From: a virus
Length of the DNA: 64,000 nt
Reading direction: 5' to 3' (one strand)
Virus record (IMG/VR): IMGVR_UViG_3300009104_001476
Shown here: in pieces, positions 27,811 through 38,111 of the stretch
Layout of the letters: every line of letters begins with the position of its first letter
Position numbering within the stretch: the first letter of the stretch is position 1
The notes under the pieces: generated by a model
Seen by the model: only the letters and a program-made list of their open reading frames with translations
Told to the model about the DNA's origin: nothing
Databases searched by the model: none
Program-made: the position numbers and the translations under genes

Positions 27811-30177
27811 ATGAATACTAATTCAAAAGATAAGGGAGACTTAACAATAGTAACTGGAATATGGGATTTGAAAAGGTCTGAAGCCGGGGAGGGCTTCAAG
27901 AGACCTTTCTCTCATTACGTAGAGAATTTTGTGAAGCTGTTAAAAACAGACGTGAACATGTATATTTATATTGAGAAAGAATATGAAGATCTAGTTTGGG
28001 AGCATAGAAGCGTAGAAAATACTTACGTACATATTAAAGAGGTCGAGGAGTTTAAAAAATTTGACTTTTACGATAAGGTCCAAGAGATAAGGAAAAGCGA
28101 GGAATGGCTTACGGCGACGGGAAGCACTTGGCTTAGAGATAGCACTCAGGCTACGCTAGAGTTTTATAATCCAATGGTTATGAGTAAAATGTTCATGCTC
28201 AACGATGCAGTAATAAGCAACCCTTTCGACACGGATTACTTTGCTTGGATTGATGGGGGCATTACGAATACTGTTCACGAAGGATACTTTACGCATGATA
28301 AGGTTTTCGATAAGGTCGCGCCCCTATTGAAAAAGTTTTTCTTTTTATGTTTTCCTTATGAGACAGATTATGAAATCCATGGCTTCCCAATTAAAGAAAT
28401 GGATAAGAAGGCGGGGGAACATGTAAACAGAGTTGCTAGAGGAGGATTTTTTGGAGGGCATAAAAAGTATATACCTGAGGTGAACGCTATGTATCATGGA
28501 CTTTTAAAGTCCTCTATAGAGGGAGGCCTTATGGGTACGGAGGAAAGCATATTCTCTTTGATGACTTACCTGAATCCTAAAACTTGCAAGTACTACCCTA
28601 TAGAAGAGAACGGGTTGATAAGTAAGTTTTTTGAAGACTTAAAAAACAACGATATCGAGATCGAAAGCTCTGACACTAATTTATATGTTGTGACATTTAA
28701 TTTCCCAGACCAATTGGAATACTTGCTTGACTCTTACAAGGAGACGGGATTTTTAAATGAAACGAAAAAATATTTAATTAATAATTCTACAGACGACTCA
28801 ACAGACGCAGCTTATCAAGAGATTTGTGATAGGTATGGTTTTAAACATCTAAAGCAAGAAGAAAATATAGGTATTTGTGGAGCTAGACAATACGCTGCTG
28901 AACATTTTGCAGAAACGAATTCGCAGTATATGATTTTTCTTGAAGATGACATGCTTTTGAAACGCGCGAATGATTCGTCTCTGTGTCAGATGGGCTTCAC
29001 TTCTCACTCGGAAAATCTTTATGAAAAATTATTAAACATCATGAGTGAAGAGAAATATCACTTTCTCAAATTTTCATTTACTGAATTTTATGGGACGAAC
29101 TCCAATCAGTGGGCTTGGTATAATGTACCTCAAGATAAAAGAGAGGAGTATTGGCCAGAGTACAATAAATTGCCAGAGTTCGGTTTAGACCCAAACTGTC
29201 CTTTAACTAATTTTAAAAATATAAAATCCAAAGACGGATTACCTTATGCTGATGGAGAGATTTATTATTGTAATTGGCCTCAAATTATTAGCAAAGAAGG
29301 GAGTAAGAGAATGTTCTTGGAAACTGTATGGAGAACCCCTCATGAGCAAACTTGGATGTCTCACATTTTCCAGCTAATCAAAGCGGAAAAAGTCAGAGGG
29401 GGGATACTCTTAGCTTCTCCAATATTTCATGATCGAAAATATCATTACAAAGCTGAAGAAAGGGTTGAGTCACGAGCAACTGAACAACCGTATTACCTAA
29501 ACGAAGAGACTCAAGAGGAAGAGCAGCAAGAAGAACCAGCCCAAGTAATAACAGGAGGATTCACTGTGCGCACCGAGGACTTATCGGGACATCCGTACGA
29601 TATCATGACAATGCAGAACGACGGGGTCAAAGAGGTTTTCCCTAACTTTTTAGAGCAAGTTAAACCTAAAAGAATAGTAGAAATTGGGACATTCGCAGGA
29701 GGGCTTACCTTATTGCTTAGAGGCATGTTGGATGAACTAGGATTAAACGATACCCATATTAAAACCTTTGAGTATCTTGATAGTGATTTCTCTCACATTT
29801 TTGATGGGAAAAATATTGAGTCTGTCGCGGGAGTTAATATTTTTGATGAAGAATTTAATTTAATTAAGTCAGAGTATGTGGATGAGTATATCAAAGGCGA
29901 CGGAACAACCGTGGTTTTATGTGATGGAGGAAGAAAGAGTAAAGAGTTCCAACAGCTGAGTCCTCTCTTAAAAGAGGGGGACATTATAATGGTTCACGAC
30001 TACATCGATACAGAAAAGAATTTTCACAGCAACTTTAAAAATAAAATTTGGAACTGGCACGAGGTCTCGCAAAATATGCTGGAAGAAGATTGCGAGAAAA
30101 ATAATTTATATCCATTTTTTGAAGAAGAAATGAAACGAGTAGTGTGGGGCTGCTTCAGGAAGGGCAATAAAAATTAA
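27811..30177 (+). CDS. Fusion protein: HtrL/WlaTC-like glycosyltransferase + GT2-like domain + class I methyltransferase-like domain
   Basis: YFAWIDGG, GGFFGG, MGTEES; IFLEDD; VEIGTFAGG, VVLCDGG. Confidence 0.72.
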   Translation: MNTNSKDKGDLTIVTGIWDLKRSEAGEGFKRPFSHYVENFVKLLKTDVNMYIYIEKEYEDLVWEHRSVENTYVHIKEVEEFKKFDFYDKVQEIRKSEEWLTATGSTWLRDSTQATLEFYNPMVMSKMFMLNDAVISNPFDTDYFAWIDGGITNTVHEGYFTHDKVFDKVAPLLKKFFFLCFPYETDYEIHGFPIKEMDKKAGEHVNRVARGGFFGGHKKYIPEVNAMYHGLLKSSIEGGLMGTEESIFSLMTYLNPKTCKYYPIEENGLISKFFEDLKNNDIEIESSDTNLYVVTFNFPDQLEYLLDSYKETGFLNETKKYLINNSTDDSTDAAYQEICDRYGFKHLKQEENIGICGARQYAAEHFAETNSQYMIFLEDDMLLKRANDSSLCQMGFTSHSENLYEKLLNIMSEEKYHFLKFSFTEFYGTNSNQWAWYNVPQDKREEYWPEYNKLPEFGLDPNCPLTNFKNIKSKDGLPYADGEIYYCNWPQIISKEGSKRMFLETVWRTPHEQTWMSHIFQLIKAEKVRGGILLASPIFHDRKYHYKAEERVESRATEQPYYLNEETQEEEQQEEPAQVITGGFTVRTEDLSGHPYDIMTMQNDGVKEVFPNFLEQVKPKRIVEIGTFAGGLTLLLRGMLDELGLNDTHIKTFEYLDSDFSHIFDGKNIESVAGVNIFDEEFNLIKSEYVDEYIKGDGTTVVLCDGGRKSKEFQQLSPLLKEGDIIMVHDYIDTEKNFHSNFKNKIWNWHEVSQNMLEEDCEKNNLYPFFEEEMKRVVWGCFRKGNKN

Positions 30178-30208
30178 TATTAATAGATCAGACGTTCTCT
30201 CTCAGTCA

Positions 30209-31525
30209 TTGGATTTTTTCCCAGAAGAATGGGTGAAAAATTTCCCGTGGCTGTCTGGCGTCGACAATGGTGTGGCGGACCCCCAGTATAGGTTATTAAA
30301 ATATTTATCCAGCATCCATGACGGAGTAACTATATTAGATTTTGGGACAAGCCAAGGTCATTCAGCTTTAGCTTTAGCTCAGAACAAAAGCAATAAAGTT
30401 ATTACTTATGGCCTTAATCTTAATGGCGGGGCGGTTTCTCTTCTGGGCAAAGCTCCTAATGTTGAAATCGCAGCCCTTTCCGTCCAAGAAATAGAAGAGG
30501 AAGTGATTCTTTCTTCTTCATTCGTATTCTTGGATCTTGACCCTCATGATGGCATACAGGAGGCGGGGGTCATTGAAAGACTAAAGTCGATTGGCTACAA
30601 GGGGTTTGTCGTGTGTGATGATATTAACTGGCCAGCAGGTATGAAAGAATGGTGGGATAGTGTCGACTTAAATAAATATGACGTTACGGAAGTAGGACAC
30701 GCTTCAGGAACAGGAATAATATCTTTTAGTAATGAAGAGTTCAATGTCATACAGGATAGAAAAAAGGATTATAATTATTGCTTCACCGCCTTAGCGATAG
30801 GCAAAGAGTACGAAGATCTGTCTGTAAAGCGCTACAATTCCCTAAGAGAAAAAACTAAATCGTGTGATTTTCATTTAACAGTCAATAATTCAGAACTGCA
30901 AGACTTGGGAGACAGGGCTTTCCTGAACGAGTTACATTTGGACAAATTTAGAGACGAGGGGAGGCCGCAGTTTGGTTGTTATTTAAATATGAAGTGTCTT
31001 GCTCTCAAAGCGACTTTAGAAAAATATTCTGGAAAGCATTATGATTATATAGTATACACAGATGGAGATTGGCAAATGCATGACAAATTTGAAGAAGAAA
31101 AAGTTTTTAAATGCTTTGATTTACTAGAAGAAAATGAAAATTTAGATTTCATTTACGAAAGACCCGGCACCGTTGGCGACCACAAAAAAACTCCCGACAA
31201 TTTAAGGCAGGCGTGGGCTACGGTAAAAATTGAAGACTACAACCTTCGGGATCATGACCTTTGGGATGATGCGATAATGCCCAATGAGCAGATTTATATA
31301 TTTAAAAATAGTTGGAAATTTAAAATGTTTGTTCAAGAGTGGGAAAAATTTTTGTGGTATACCGTAGCGAATAACATGGATAATTTTGGAGAGTGCTTCG
31401 AGACAGGAGTATCAGCTCTATTGGCGGGGATGAAAGGTACGTGGCATCCTTTTCATAGCGGTTCCGTATTAAGTCAGTGTTTTTATTTTTACTGTAGGAA
31501 TGGGATACGCCATGAAAGATTTTAA
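30209..31525 (+). CDS. Methyltransferase-like N-terminal domain fused to a putative glycosyltransferase-like domain (TTG start)
   Basis: ILDFGTSQGHSAL, VCDDI; YTDGD in the C-terminal half. Confidence 0.6.
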   Translation: MDFFPEEWVKNFPWLSGVDNGVADPQYRLLKYLSSIHDGVTILDFGTSQGHSALALAQNKSNKVITYGLNLNGGAVSLLGKAPNVEIAALSVQEIEEEVILSSSFVFLDLDPHDGIQEAGVIERLKSIGYKGFVVCDDINWPAGMKEWWDSVDLNKYDVTEVGHASGTGIISFSNEEFNVIQDRKKDYNYCFTALAIGKEYEDLSVKRYNSLREKTKSCDFHLTVNNSELQDLGDRAFLNELHLDKFRDEGRPQFGCYLNMKCLALKATLEKYSGKHYDYIVYTDGDWQMHDKFEEEKVFKCFDLLEENENLDFIYERPGTVGDHKKTPDNLRQAWATVKIEDYNLRDHDLWDDAIMPNEQIYIFKNSWKFKMFVQEWEKFLWYTVANNMDNFGECFETGVSALLAGMKGTWHPFHSGSVLSQCFYFYCRNGIRHERF

Positions 31526-32225
31526 AGACAAAATAATTTCTTTTAGTCTGTATAATCACCCTTCTAAAGCGGGCGACCTAACTTATTACATTGGGGCTGA
31601 AAAAAATTTAAAGTTAAATAATCGTTTTTTACCTGATTGGAAAACGGTCATTTATTATCATAAAGACAGAATTGATGAGGAGTGGGTTCCTAAACTTGCT
31701 GATCTAGGAGCTTGTATGATTGAAGTGTCAGAAAACGAGCGTTTAAAGGGGGAGCTTTCAACTATGCAGGATATGATGTGGAGACTTTTAAGCATTTATG
31801 AAGAAAATGTATGCATAATTAGAGACTTAGATAGTAGAATGACTCAGAGAGAAGCGAATTATATAAATGATTGGCTTAATTCCGAGTGTAAATATTTCAT
31901 AATAAGGGATCATCCTTGGCACGCGTCAGTTCCCGGTGGCTTATTCGGGATTAAAGGGGCGGATAAAAAGCTTGAGGATCATATTTCTGATTTCTTAAAA
32001 AATAATGAGCTTGTTTGGGGATCAGACCAAGAAATGTTAGCCCTTTACAGAGAGAACAATATTGATGATAAAGATTTATATTATTGTGGTTACGATGATC
32101 AAAAAAATTATATACCAAGAGATGATAAAGGTTTTTTCATAGGGGTACAGGTTGACGAGAACGATAAAATAACTAAAGAGAATTCAATATTAGCATTAGA
32201 AATGTTAGAGGAGATGAACCTATGA
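31512..32225 (+). CDS. Putative GT-A-like glycosylation protein
   Basis: IISFSLY, MMWR, IIRDLDSR, RDHPWH, GGLFG, DQEML. Confidence 0.55.
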   Translation: MKDFKDKIISFSLYNHPSKAGDLTYYIGAEKNLKLNNRFLPDWKTVIYYHKDRIDEEWVPKLADLGACMIEVSENERLKGELSTMQDMMWRLLSIYEENVCIIRDLDSRMTQREANYINDWLNSECKYFIIRDHPWHASVPGGLFGIKGADKKLEDHISDFLKNNELVWGSDQEMLALYRENNIDDKDLYYCGYDDQKNYIPRDDKGFFIGVQVDENDKITKENSILALEMLEEMNL

Positions 32226-32914
32226 TTAAAAATTGGAAATACGGGCCATGCTATGGAGCAGGAAGGCCCTTTATAAAAGAATACATAAAAGAAAATAATT
32301 TTAATACTATAGACGTTGGTGCGTCAGCACGTTATTGGTCTTACCCCGAGTGTAAAGTCGTTGTGGATAGTTATCACCCAAATTATTTTGCGCAAGCACT
32401 CGGCCGCCCAAATCCTAATTATCAAGATGTTTTATTTTTCGATTTAAATATCGAAGATGTGGACAGTTGGAACGAGATATTAGAGTACGTAGACGATAAT
32501 GATAAGTTCGATTTTTCGATTTGCTCACATACATTAGAGGATGTTTTCAATCCGATTGACCTCGCTCGGATGTTGGAAAAAGTATCACATCGAGGCTACA
32601 TCGCAGTGCCTTCAAAATATGATGAACTTACAAACCTCTTTGGCCACCCTTACAGGGGTAACGCGCATCATAAGCAAATATTTGACGTTGTTGAGGATGA
32701 ATTAGTTATATATCCTAAATTCTCTTGGATAGAAACGGATGGAAGAAGTGATAAAATTGTAGAAAATTCTTTGGGTCCTGAATTAGAATTGACATGGGAG
32801 GGGGAAATTCCGATAAAGGTATTTCCCTCGCTGCCGCCCAATCTCGCCGGCCATGGAGGTGATGAAGGATTAATAAATAGATATTACCAAGAGCTAATGA
32901 TGAAAAGAAAATAA
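32222..32914 (+). CDS. Class I SAM-dependent methyltransferase-like protein
   Basis: IDVGAS, FDFSICSHTLED. Confidence 0.7.
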   Translation: MIKNWKYGPCYGAGRPFIKEYIKENNFNTIDVGASARYWSYPECKVVVDSYHPNYFAQALGRPNPNYQDVLFFDLNIEDVDSWNEILEYVDDNDKFDFSICSHTLEDVFNPIDLARMLEKVSHRGYIAVPSKYDELTNLFGHPYRGNAHHKQIFDVVEDELVIYPKFSWIETDGRSDKIVENSLGPELELTWEGEIPIKVFPSLPPNLAGHGGDEGLINRYYQELMMKRK

Positions 32915-32921
32915 AAATATT

Positions 32922-33974
32922 ATGAAAACTATAAAAGTGTCTAGACAGGGGTTCGCTAACTTTGGGTGTCATAGTTGGCTTAGATATATTATGTTTGTTT
33001 TATCTAAAAAATACAACGTTATAATTGACGCCGTTAATCCAGATTTAATTTTGCAAACGAATTGGCAAGTTGATTATAACGAGGTAGATCCTCAAACCAA
33101 AGAGTTACCTACAGATTTTAAACCAGAAGAAAATAAAAACATAAAATTCTTACGTGTTACAGGGGAAGCGGGTGCGGATTCCTTCGCACTTAAAGATGAG
33201 AATGTTTGGATTATGGACTATCAAAATCTTGATCACCCTAGACATTTAAGGCAACCGTCAGGAGCTTTTGATGTATGGACTATGTTTGACGAGGCTAGAG
33301 TGGTGGATTCTCCTTTGTCTTGGTTGACAGAAAAAAGAGATTATGAAAAAATTAAAGATAGAAATACGGGCCTCTGTTGCGTAACTCAAAATAGTAATAG
33401 TGACCTTAGGGCAAAAATATTTGATAAACTTAGTGAATATAAACAGGTTGTATCTTCTGGTGCTTGGAGAGGTAATGCGGCAGTAGAAGACAAAGACCAG
33501 AATGGAAACATATCAGCACGGAAATGGGGTGACAATCCTATATATAGGGGTAGACATGACGGTTTAGTTTATAAGGAAAAAATAGAATTTTCTAATAACT
33601 ATAAGTTTTTCATGGCTATTCATTGGACAGATACAGACTATATTCTTCAAGAGAAAATTTATCATGGGTTTTTCTCAGGGTGCATACCCTTGTTTTATGG
33701 TAATAAATATATTTCTGAAGTGGATAAGTTTAATCCCGATTCTTTTATTAATCTTCATGATTATTGTTCTTCAGAACAAGGGAAAATACAAGATTGGAAA
33801 AATTATCAAGATATAGACCTTGATAAACTTTTAGAAGACGTGAAAGAGATTGATACTAATGAATCTTTACGTAAAAAATATATAGAGGCTCCTATATTCA
33901 TAGACAATAAACTTCCGGATTATTATAGCTTCGATTACGTTTTAGACTTCTTAGAGAGAATGATAGAGAGTTAG
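32922..33974 (+). CDS. GT10 (alpha-1,3-fucosyltransferase)-like protein, divergent
   Basis: KQVVSSG, YKFFMAI..DYILQEKI..GCIPLFYG, FNPDSFINLHDY. Confidence 0.7.
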   Translation: MKTIKVSRQGFANFGCHSWLRYIMFVLSKKYNVIIDAVNPDLILQTNWQVDYNEVDPQTKELPTDFKPEENKNIKFLRVTGEAGADSFALKDENVWIMDYQNLDHPRHLRQPSGAFDVWTMFDEARVVDSPLSWLTEKRDYEKIKDRNTGLCCVTQNSNSDLRAKIFDKLSEYKQVVSSGAWRGNAAVEDKDQNGNISARKWGDNPIYRGRHDGLVYKEKIEFSNNYKFFMAIHWTDTDYILQEKIYHGFFSGCIPLFYGNKYISEVDKFNPDSFINLHDYCSSEQGKIQDWKNYQDIDLDKLLEDVKEIDTNESLRKKYIEAPIFIDNKLPDYYSFDYVLDFLERMIES

Positions 33975-33982
33975 CTTGGAGA

Positions 33983-34978
33983 ATGAACATTTTAATAACA
34001 GGAGTGGCGGGTCTTTTAGGCTCTAGATTAGCGGATTGGATAATAGAAAATACCGATAATAAAGTTATTGGTATTGATGATTTAAGTGGTGGCTATATAG
34101 AAAACGTGAACCCAAAGGTCGAATTTCATGAATTTAATTTAATAGACTTAAATAAAGTCGATGAGATTTTTAAAAATAACCATATAGATATAGTCTATCA
34201 CTTTGCGGCTTACGCTGCGGAAGGATTAAGTCCCTTTATTAGAAAATTCAATTATGAAAATAATTTGATTTCGTCTGTGAACTTAATTACAAGCAGTATA
34301 AAATATAATATATCCAGATTTGTATTTGCTAGCTCTATGGCTGTGTACGGAGATGAACATAAGCCCCCATTTGACGAGGAGTTAACGTTAAGACCCATAG
34401 ACCCCTATGGAGTAGCAAAGTATTCCGTAGAACAAGATTTAAAAATAGCGCATGAGCAGCACGGTTTAAACTATACGATTGTTAGACCTCATAATTTTTA
34501 CGGCGTTAATCAAAACATTTGGGATAAGTATAGAAACGTATTAGGTATCTGGATGTATCAAATCATGAACGGGATGCGACCAACGATCTTTGGTGATGGC
34601 TCGCAGAAGAGAGCATTCAGCTACGTAGACGATTCAATTATCCCCCTTTGGAATGCCTCTCAGAAAGATGATTGCGTAGGCCATGTTATAAACCTAGGAG
34701 GAATAGAAGAGTGCTCTATACAGGAAGCCTGCAATACCGTGTTAAAAGTTACAGGGACCGAACTGAAGCCCTCTTACCATGAATACAGGCATGAAACTAA
34801 ATATGCTTGGTCTACTTGGCGCAAATCCGCAGAATTACTTGATTTTAAATACGAGACAAGCCTAGAAGAGGGTCTTACGAAGACATGGGTTTGGGCTCAG
34901 GCTCAGCCCAATAGAGAAAGGTTCATTTGGCCCAGCTATGAATTAGAGAAAGGCGTTTACTCTTACTGGAAAAGATAA
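33983..34978 (+). CDS. NAD-dependent nucleotide-sugar epimerase/dehydratase
   Basis: TGVAGLLG, HFAAYAAEG, YGVAK, RPHNFYG. Confidence 0.93.
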   Translation: MNILITGVAGLLGSRLADWIIENTDNKVIGIDDLSGGYIENVNPKVEFHEFNLIDLNKVDEIFKNNHIDIVYHFAAYAAEGLSPFIRKFNYENNLISSVNLITSSIKYNISRFVFASSMAVYGDEHKPPFDEELTLRPIDPYGVAKYSVEQDLKIAHEQHGLNYTIVRPHNFYGVNQNIWDKYRNVLGIWMYQIMNGMRPTIFGDGSQKRAFSYVDDSIIPLWNASQKDDCVGHVINLGGIEECSIQEACNTVLKVTGTELKPSYHEYRHETKYAWSTWRKSAELLDFKYETSLEEGLTKTWVWAQAQPNRERFIWPSYELEKGVYSYWKR

Positions 34979-34994
34979 CTCCATAATGGGGGGC

Positions 34995-35324
34995 TCAATT
35001 TACGTTTCGGATACTTTTAATCTGACCCAGTAAATTTGGAGTATTTTCGCATCTAATGTAAGGAACCTGTATTGTCATAGGGTAATTTAACTCAGTGTCT
35101 ATTCTAACTCCCTCTATCTTCCATTCTGGTTGGACAAAGTCATCCACAAAGTCAAACCAGCCCTTCTCTTTGAGGAAGTTATAGTAAAAATCTTCTGCCT
35201 TTTTTTCTGCCTCAATGACTACAGAATATCTCAGGGTCTGCTTAGCCTCCATAGTTACGTGGCGAAAGAATAACCCTTCTGACGGAGGGTCGGTGCTTAA
35301 TTTTGCGGAGATTATTAGATTCAT
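34995..35324 (-). CDS. Hypothetical protein
   Basis: Overlaps the upstream minus-strand gene (ATGA-type coupling); no + strand gene here. Confidence 0.6.
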   Translation of the reverse strand: MNLIISAKLSTDPPSEGLFFRHVTMEAKQTLRYSVVIEAEKKAEDFYYNFLKEKGWFDFVDDFVQPEWKIEGVRIDTELNYPMTIQVPYIRCENTPNLLGQIKSIRNVN

Positions 35325-35962
35325 TTATCTGAATTATAAAAATAATAAGGACTGTTGCCGTAAGTTCTATCTATATCTTCTGACGTCATTTGATCGCTGA
35401 AGATTTTGATTTTAGGTACATTATCTTTATCGTAAGGTACGATAAAGTCTGGGTTATGCCACCTTAATAGGTTGTTGGGTGGGATGCATAGGTTGCCATC
35501 GTCCAAAGCTATGAGGTGATAACATTTACTGTCTTGGTCATTAGAGTAACCCACGTTAAGTTCATTTAAATCTCCTTCGTAATCATCTATTGTAGTAATG
35601 TATTTCCCGCTTCTCCACACCTTATCTCTACAATGGACGTCTACTTTTTTATTTTGCAGGAAAGAGAAAGTTGTGACTGCTATATTGTTTGATTGGCAAT
35701 CCCAAGTTTGCAATAGGGAGAGCCTGCGCTCTTCGTCTTCTGATAATACATCAAAATCTTTTTTGTGACAAAACGCGGAGATTGGCATCATCCAAAAGTT
35801 CGCGCCAAAGTTCGATTGAAAATGAAAATGCATAGGTCTATTGATCATAGACTTGCAGCCGAATATATAACCTTCCGTTACTCCTCCATCGTCTTTAGGA
35901 AATATATATTTATTTCTTATAAAACATTGGACGTATGGTAAGTTAGCGTTTAGTTGACCCAT
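35321..35962 (-). CDS. Conserved phage-type hypothetical protein
   Basis: LNANLP, MPISAF, LQTWDC, KCYHLIALDDGN..PNN resemble a recurrent marine-phage family (recalled, unverified). Confidence 0.7.
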   Translation of the reverse strand: MGQLNANLPYVQCFIRNKYIFPKDDGGVTEGYIFGCKSMINRPMHFHFQSNFGANFWMMPISAFCHKKDFDVLSEDEERRLSLLQTWDCQSNNIAVTTFSFLQNKKVDVHCRDKVWRSGKYITTIDDYEGDLNELNVGYSNDQDSKCYHLIALDDGNLCIPPNNLLRWHNPDFIVPYDKDNVPKIKIFSDQMTSEDIDRTYGNSPYYFYNSDK

Positions 35963-35968
35963 GTTAGT

Positions 35969-35993
35969 AATTACACGGTTAAAAGGTGTAATT
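35969..35993. promoter_or_regulatory. Inverted repeat AATTACAC-N9-GTGTAATT between divergent genes
   Basis: Perfect 8-bp inverted repeat at the only divergent junction in the window. Confidence 0.6.
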
Positions 35994-36014
35994 TATTTGA
36001 AGCTCCCCCACTAG

Positions 36015-36335
36015 ATGAAAGCAATACTGAAGAACCAGATAAAAAGAATAACGAAGAAGGCTCAAGAGGTAGGTCTTAGGGTAAAAATTCAAGAGTCTTT
36101 AGACAATCCTGAGATAATTATGATTGGTTGTCCCAAAAATAAGAAGGTCGTTATGCTCGTGGTGGATCAACTTTCTAGAGCGACAAAAAATACGTTGAGA
36201 GCTTTTACTATTAATTTAAAGAAATGGAACTGGGCAGAGGCTGAAGGGTTTACAGATAAAGACCTAATAGGAACGCTTTCTGATCAAGTGTTTAAAGAAA
36301 TTAAGCTCTCTGAAATAGTCCAAAAACTATCATAA
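36015..36335 (+). CDS. Hypothetical protein
   Basis: ORF track. Confidence 0.6.
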   Translation: MKAILKNQIKRITKKAQEVGLRVKIQESLDNPEIIMIGCPKNKKVVMLVVDQLSRATKNTLRAFTINLKKWNWAEAEGFTDKDLIGTLSDQVFKEIKLSEIVQKLS

Positions 36336-36394
36336 GGCTAGTGTCTCCTTTTAAATAAAAATTTGTTTTTCATATCTCCATGTTTATAATAAAC

Positions 36395-36547
36395 ATGAGG
36401 GTCAAGAAGGATAAATACTATGTTATTGTAAATAATAAAAATTATGTGCAAGGAGCCTTCCCCTTTACTGAAGAAGGAAAGAAAGAGGCCCAGAAATACT
36501 TAAGAAAAATAAATAAAAATAAAGAATATCACATTGAAGAAAGATAA
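36395..36547 (+). CDS. Small hypothetical protein (50 aa, not in track)
   Basis: MRVKKDKYYVIVNNKNYVQGAFPFTEEGKKEAQKYL...; TATAAT upstream. Confidence 0.55.
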   Translation: MRVKKDKYYVIVNNKNYVQGAFPFTEEGKKEAQKYLRKINKNKEYHIEER

Positions 36548-36643
36548 GCCATTATTCGTCATAATGTCTGATTATGTGTGAGCCGCTCGCATTTATTTTC
36601 TGTACAGACAAGCGGCTTGCTGGTAGATTGGGGTTGAAGTCAG

Positions 36644-36931
36644 ATGACAAAAAAAGAAATAAAAAAACAAGAAGAGTACCTGAGTCGTCAGTCGGAAATT
36701 TTGAACGAGAGTTTAGATTTTTGGCAGATTAAGACTTTAGAACAAGTTAACTGGGTCGATCAGATGCAGAAAAAATCTCATCTTGAAGATGATGATTTCT
36801 TTGCTGACTCCCCTCAAGATGAGGCGACTAAAGAGTTAGATTATTGTATGATGAAACTTCAATGGGAGAATAGTCAAATGAATAATCTTGACAATAAGAT
36901 ACAATACTTTTTAAAAGAAAAAAATAAATGA
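36644..36931 (+). CDS. Hypothetical protein
   Basis: ORF track. Confidence 0.55.
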   Translation: MTKKEIKKQEEYLSRQSEILNESLDFWQIKTLEQVNWVDQMQKKSHLEDDDFFADSPQDEATKELDYCMMKLQWENSQMNNLDNKIQYFLKEKNK

Positions 36932-37512
36932 CCTTTGATTACGTTACGTGTGAGTACCCTTTGCCCTTACCAGAAGAAGAGCGGGAGAATTTCGAAGAGA
37001 TCGATTGGTCACAGTTCGAATTTCAAACTAACGCTTTTCTTTTATCTAAAGAAGGAGAAGAATTTTTCGGTATAGATTCTTACGCTATTGATACCGAAGG
37101 CGAAATTTATAAGCAGGTGATGGACAGGCATTATGAAGAGGACGCTCATGGGCTTTTAGATGTTAAAGAGAGTTTTAGAGGTGTGGAAAGGGTAGATTAT
37201 ACGGGAGAATTAAGCTTTAATGGGCTTCACATACATGAGAAGTATGATTATTTTTTAGAGTTTAAAGCCCTTTTTTGGAAGGGGGATCTTAAAGAGCTAT
37301 CTTTAGCGGACTGGAAAAAGGAAGACAATTTTGATAGAGTGAAAGCTCAAAAAACTCTGGAGGAGAAATTCAAAAACGCTCAGAGGAAAGACGCTGGTTT
37401 ATTAAAAAAGTTTTGGAATAACTTAATAAAGTTCCCTCTAATGATTGTTAGATATATTTTAGCTGTCTTAATGAAGGTCTCTTATACCATAGAAAGGTGG
37501 TTTTCTCTTTAA
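36928..37512 (+). CDS. Hypothetical protein
   Basis: ORF track; FDYVTCEYPLP, FQT, YTGELSF. Confidence 0.6.
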   Translation: MTFDYVTCEYPLPLPEEERENFEEIDWSQFEFQTNAFLLSKEGEEFFGIDSYAIDTEGEIYKQVMDRHYEEDAHGLLDVKESFRGVERVDYTGELSFNGLHIHEKYDYFLEFKALFWKGDLKELSLADWKKEDNFDRVKAQKTLEEKFKNAQRKDAGLLKKFWNNLIKFPLMIVRYILAVLMKVSYTIERWFSL

Positions 37513-37518
37513 AAAAAC

Positions 37519-37546
37519 TTGCAAAATGATATTATAAATTTATAAT
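37519..37546 (+). promoter_or_regulatory. sigma70-type promoter TTGCAA-16-TATAAT
   Basis: ATG 6 nt after the -10 box. Confidence 0.6.
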
Positions 37547-37552
37547 ATATAA

Positions 37553-38110
37553 ATGAGGTTAGATCATATAGCTTACAGATCTAAAGATCGTAATAAGACC
37601 GCAGAATTCTTCGCGGACACCCTTGGTTATACAATAGGCACAGAGTTTCAGGTAAAGTTTGATGACGGAGGGAAAGCCGACTGTTTAGCCTTAGTTCCGC
37701 CAGAGAATAGAACTGAAGAAACTAACCTCTGGAGACTCGAGACCTATCTCTCCATGAACGAAATTGAAACGGAAAGTCCCGTAGAATATCATGCTCCACC
37801 TGAAATTTTTGTTAGTGACGGCCCTGAAGGGAGTATTGTGGGTGATTGGGTTGCCGATCGCGGTGGCGTTGGCGGTATTCATCACATCGCTTATCAAGTG
37901 GAAGATGTGGAAAGAACAATGAAGGAGTGGAAGGGCAAGGGGTATGCTGAATTTTATTCAGAAGAACCTATGACTTGTCCCGGCCTTACTCAAGTTTTTA
38001 CAAAACCATCCGAATTAACAGGAGTTATTTATGAGCTTATATCTAGAGAAGGTAAAGGGTTTTGCGAGCTTAATGTTAAAGGACTTATGCAAAGCACTAA
38101 AGGAGAGTAA
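37553..38110 (+). CDS. VOC/glyoxalase-superfamily metalloenzyme
   Basis: RLDHIAY, GIHHIAYQVEDV, QVFT, YELISR. Confidence 0.85.
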   Translation: MRLDHIAYRSKDRNKTAEFFADTLGYTIGTEFQVKFDDGGKADCLALVPPENRTEETNLWRLETYLSMNEIETESPVEYHAPPEIFVSDGPEGSIVGDWVADRGGVGGIHHIAYQVEDVERTMKEWKGKGYAEFYSEEPMTCPGLTQVFTKPSELTGVIYELISREGKGFCELNVKGLMQSTKGE

Positions 38111-38111
38111 C

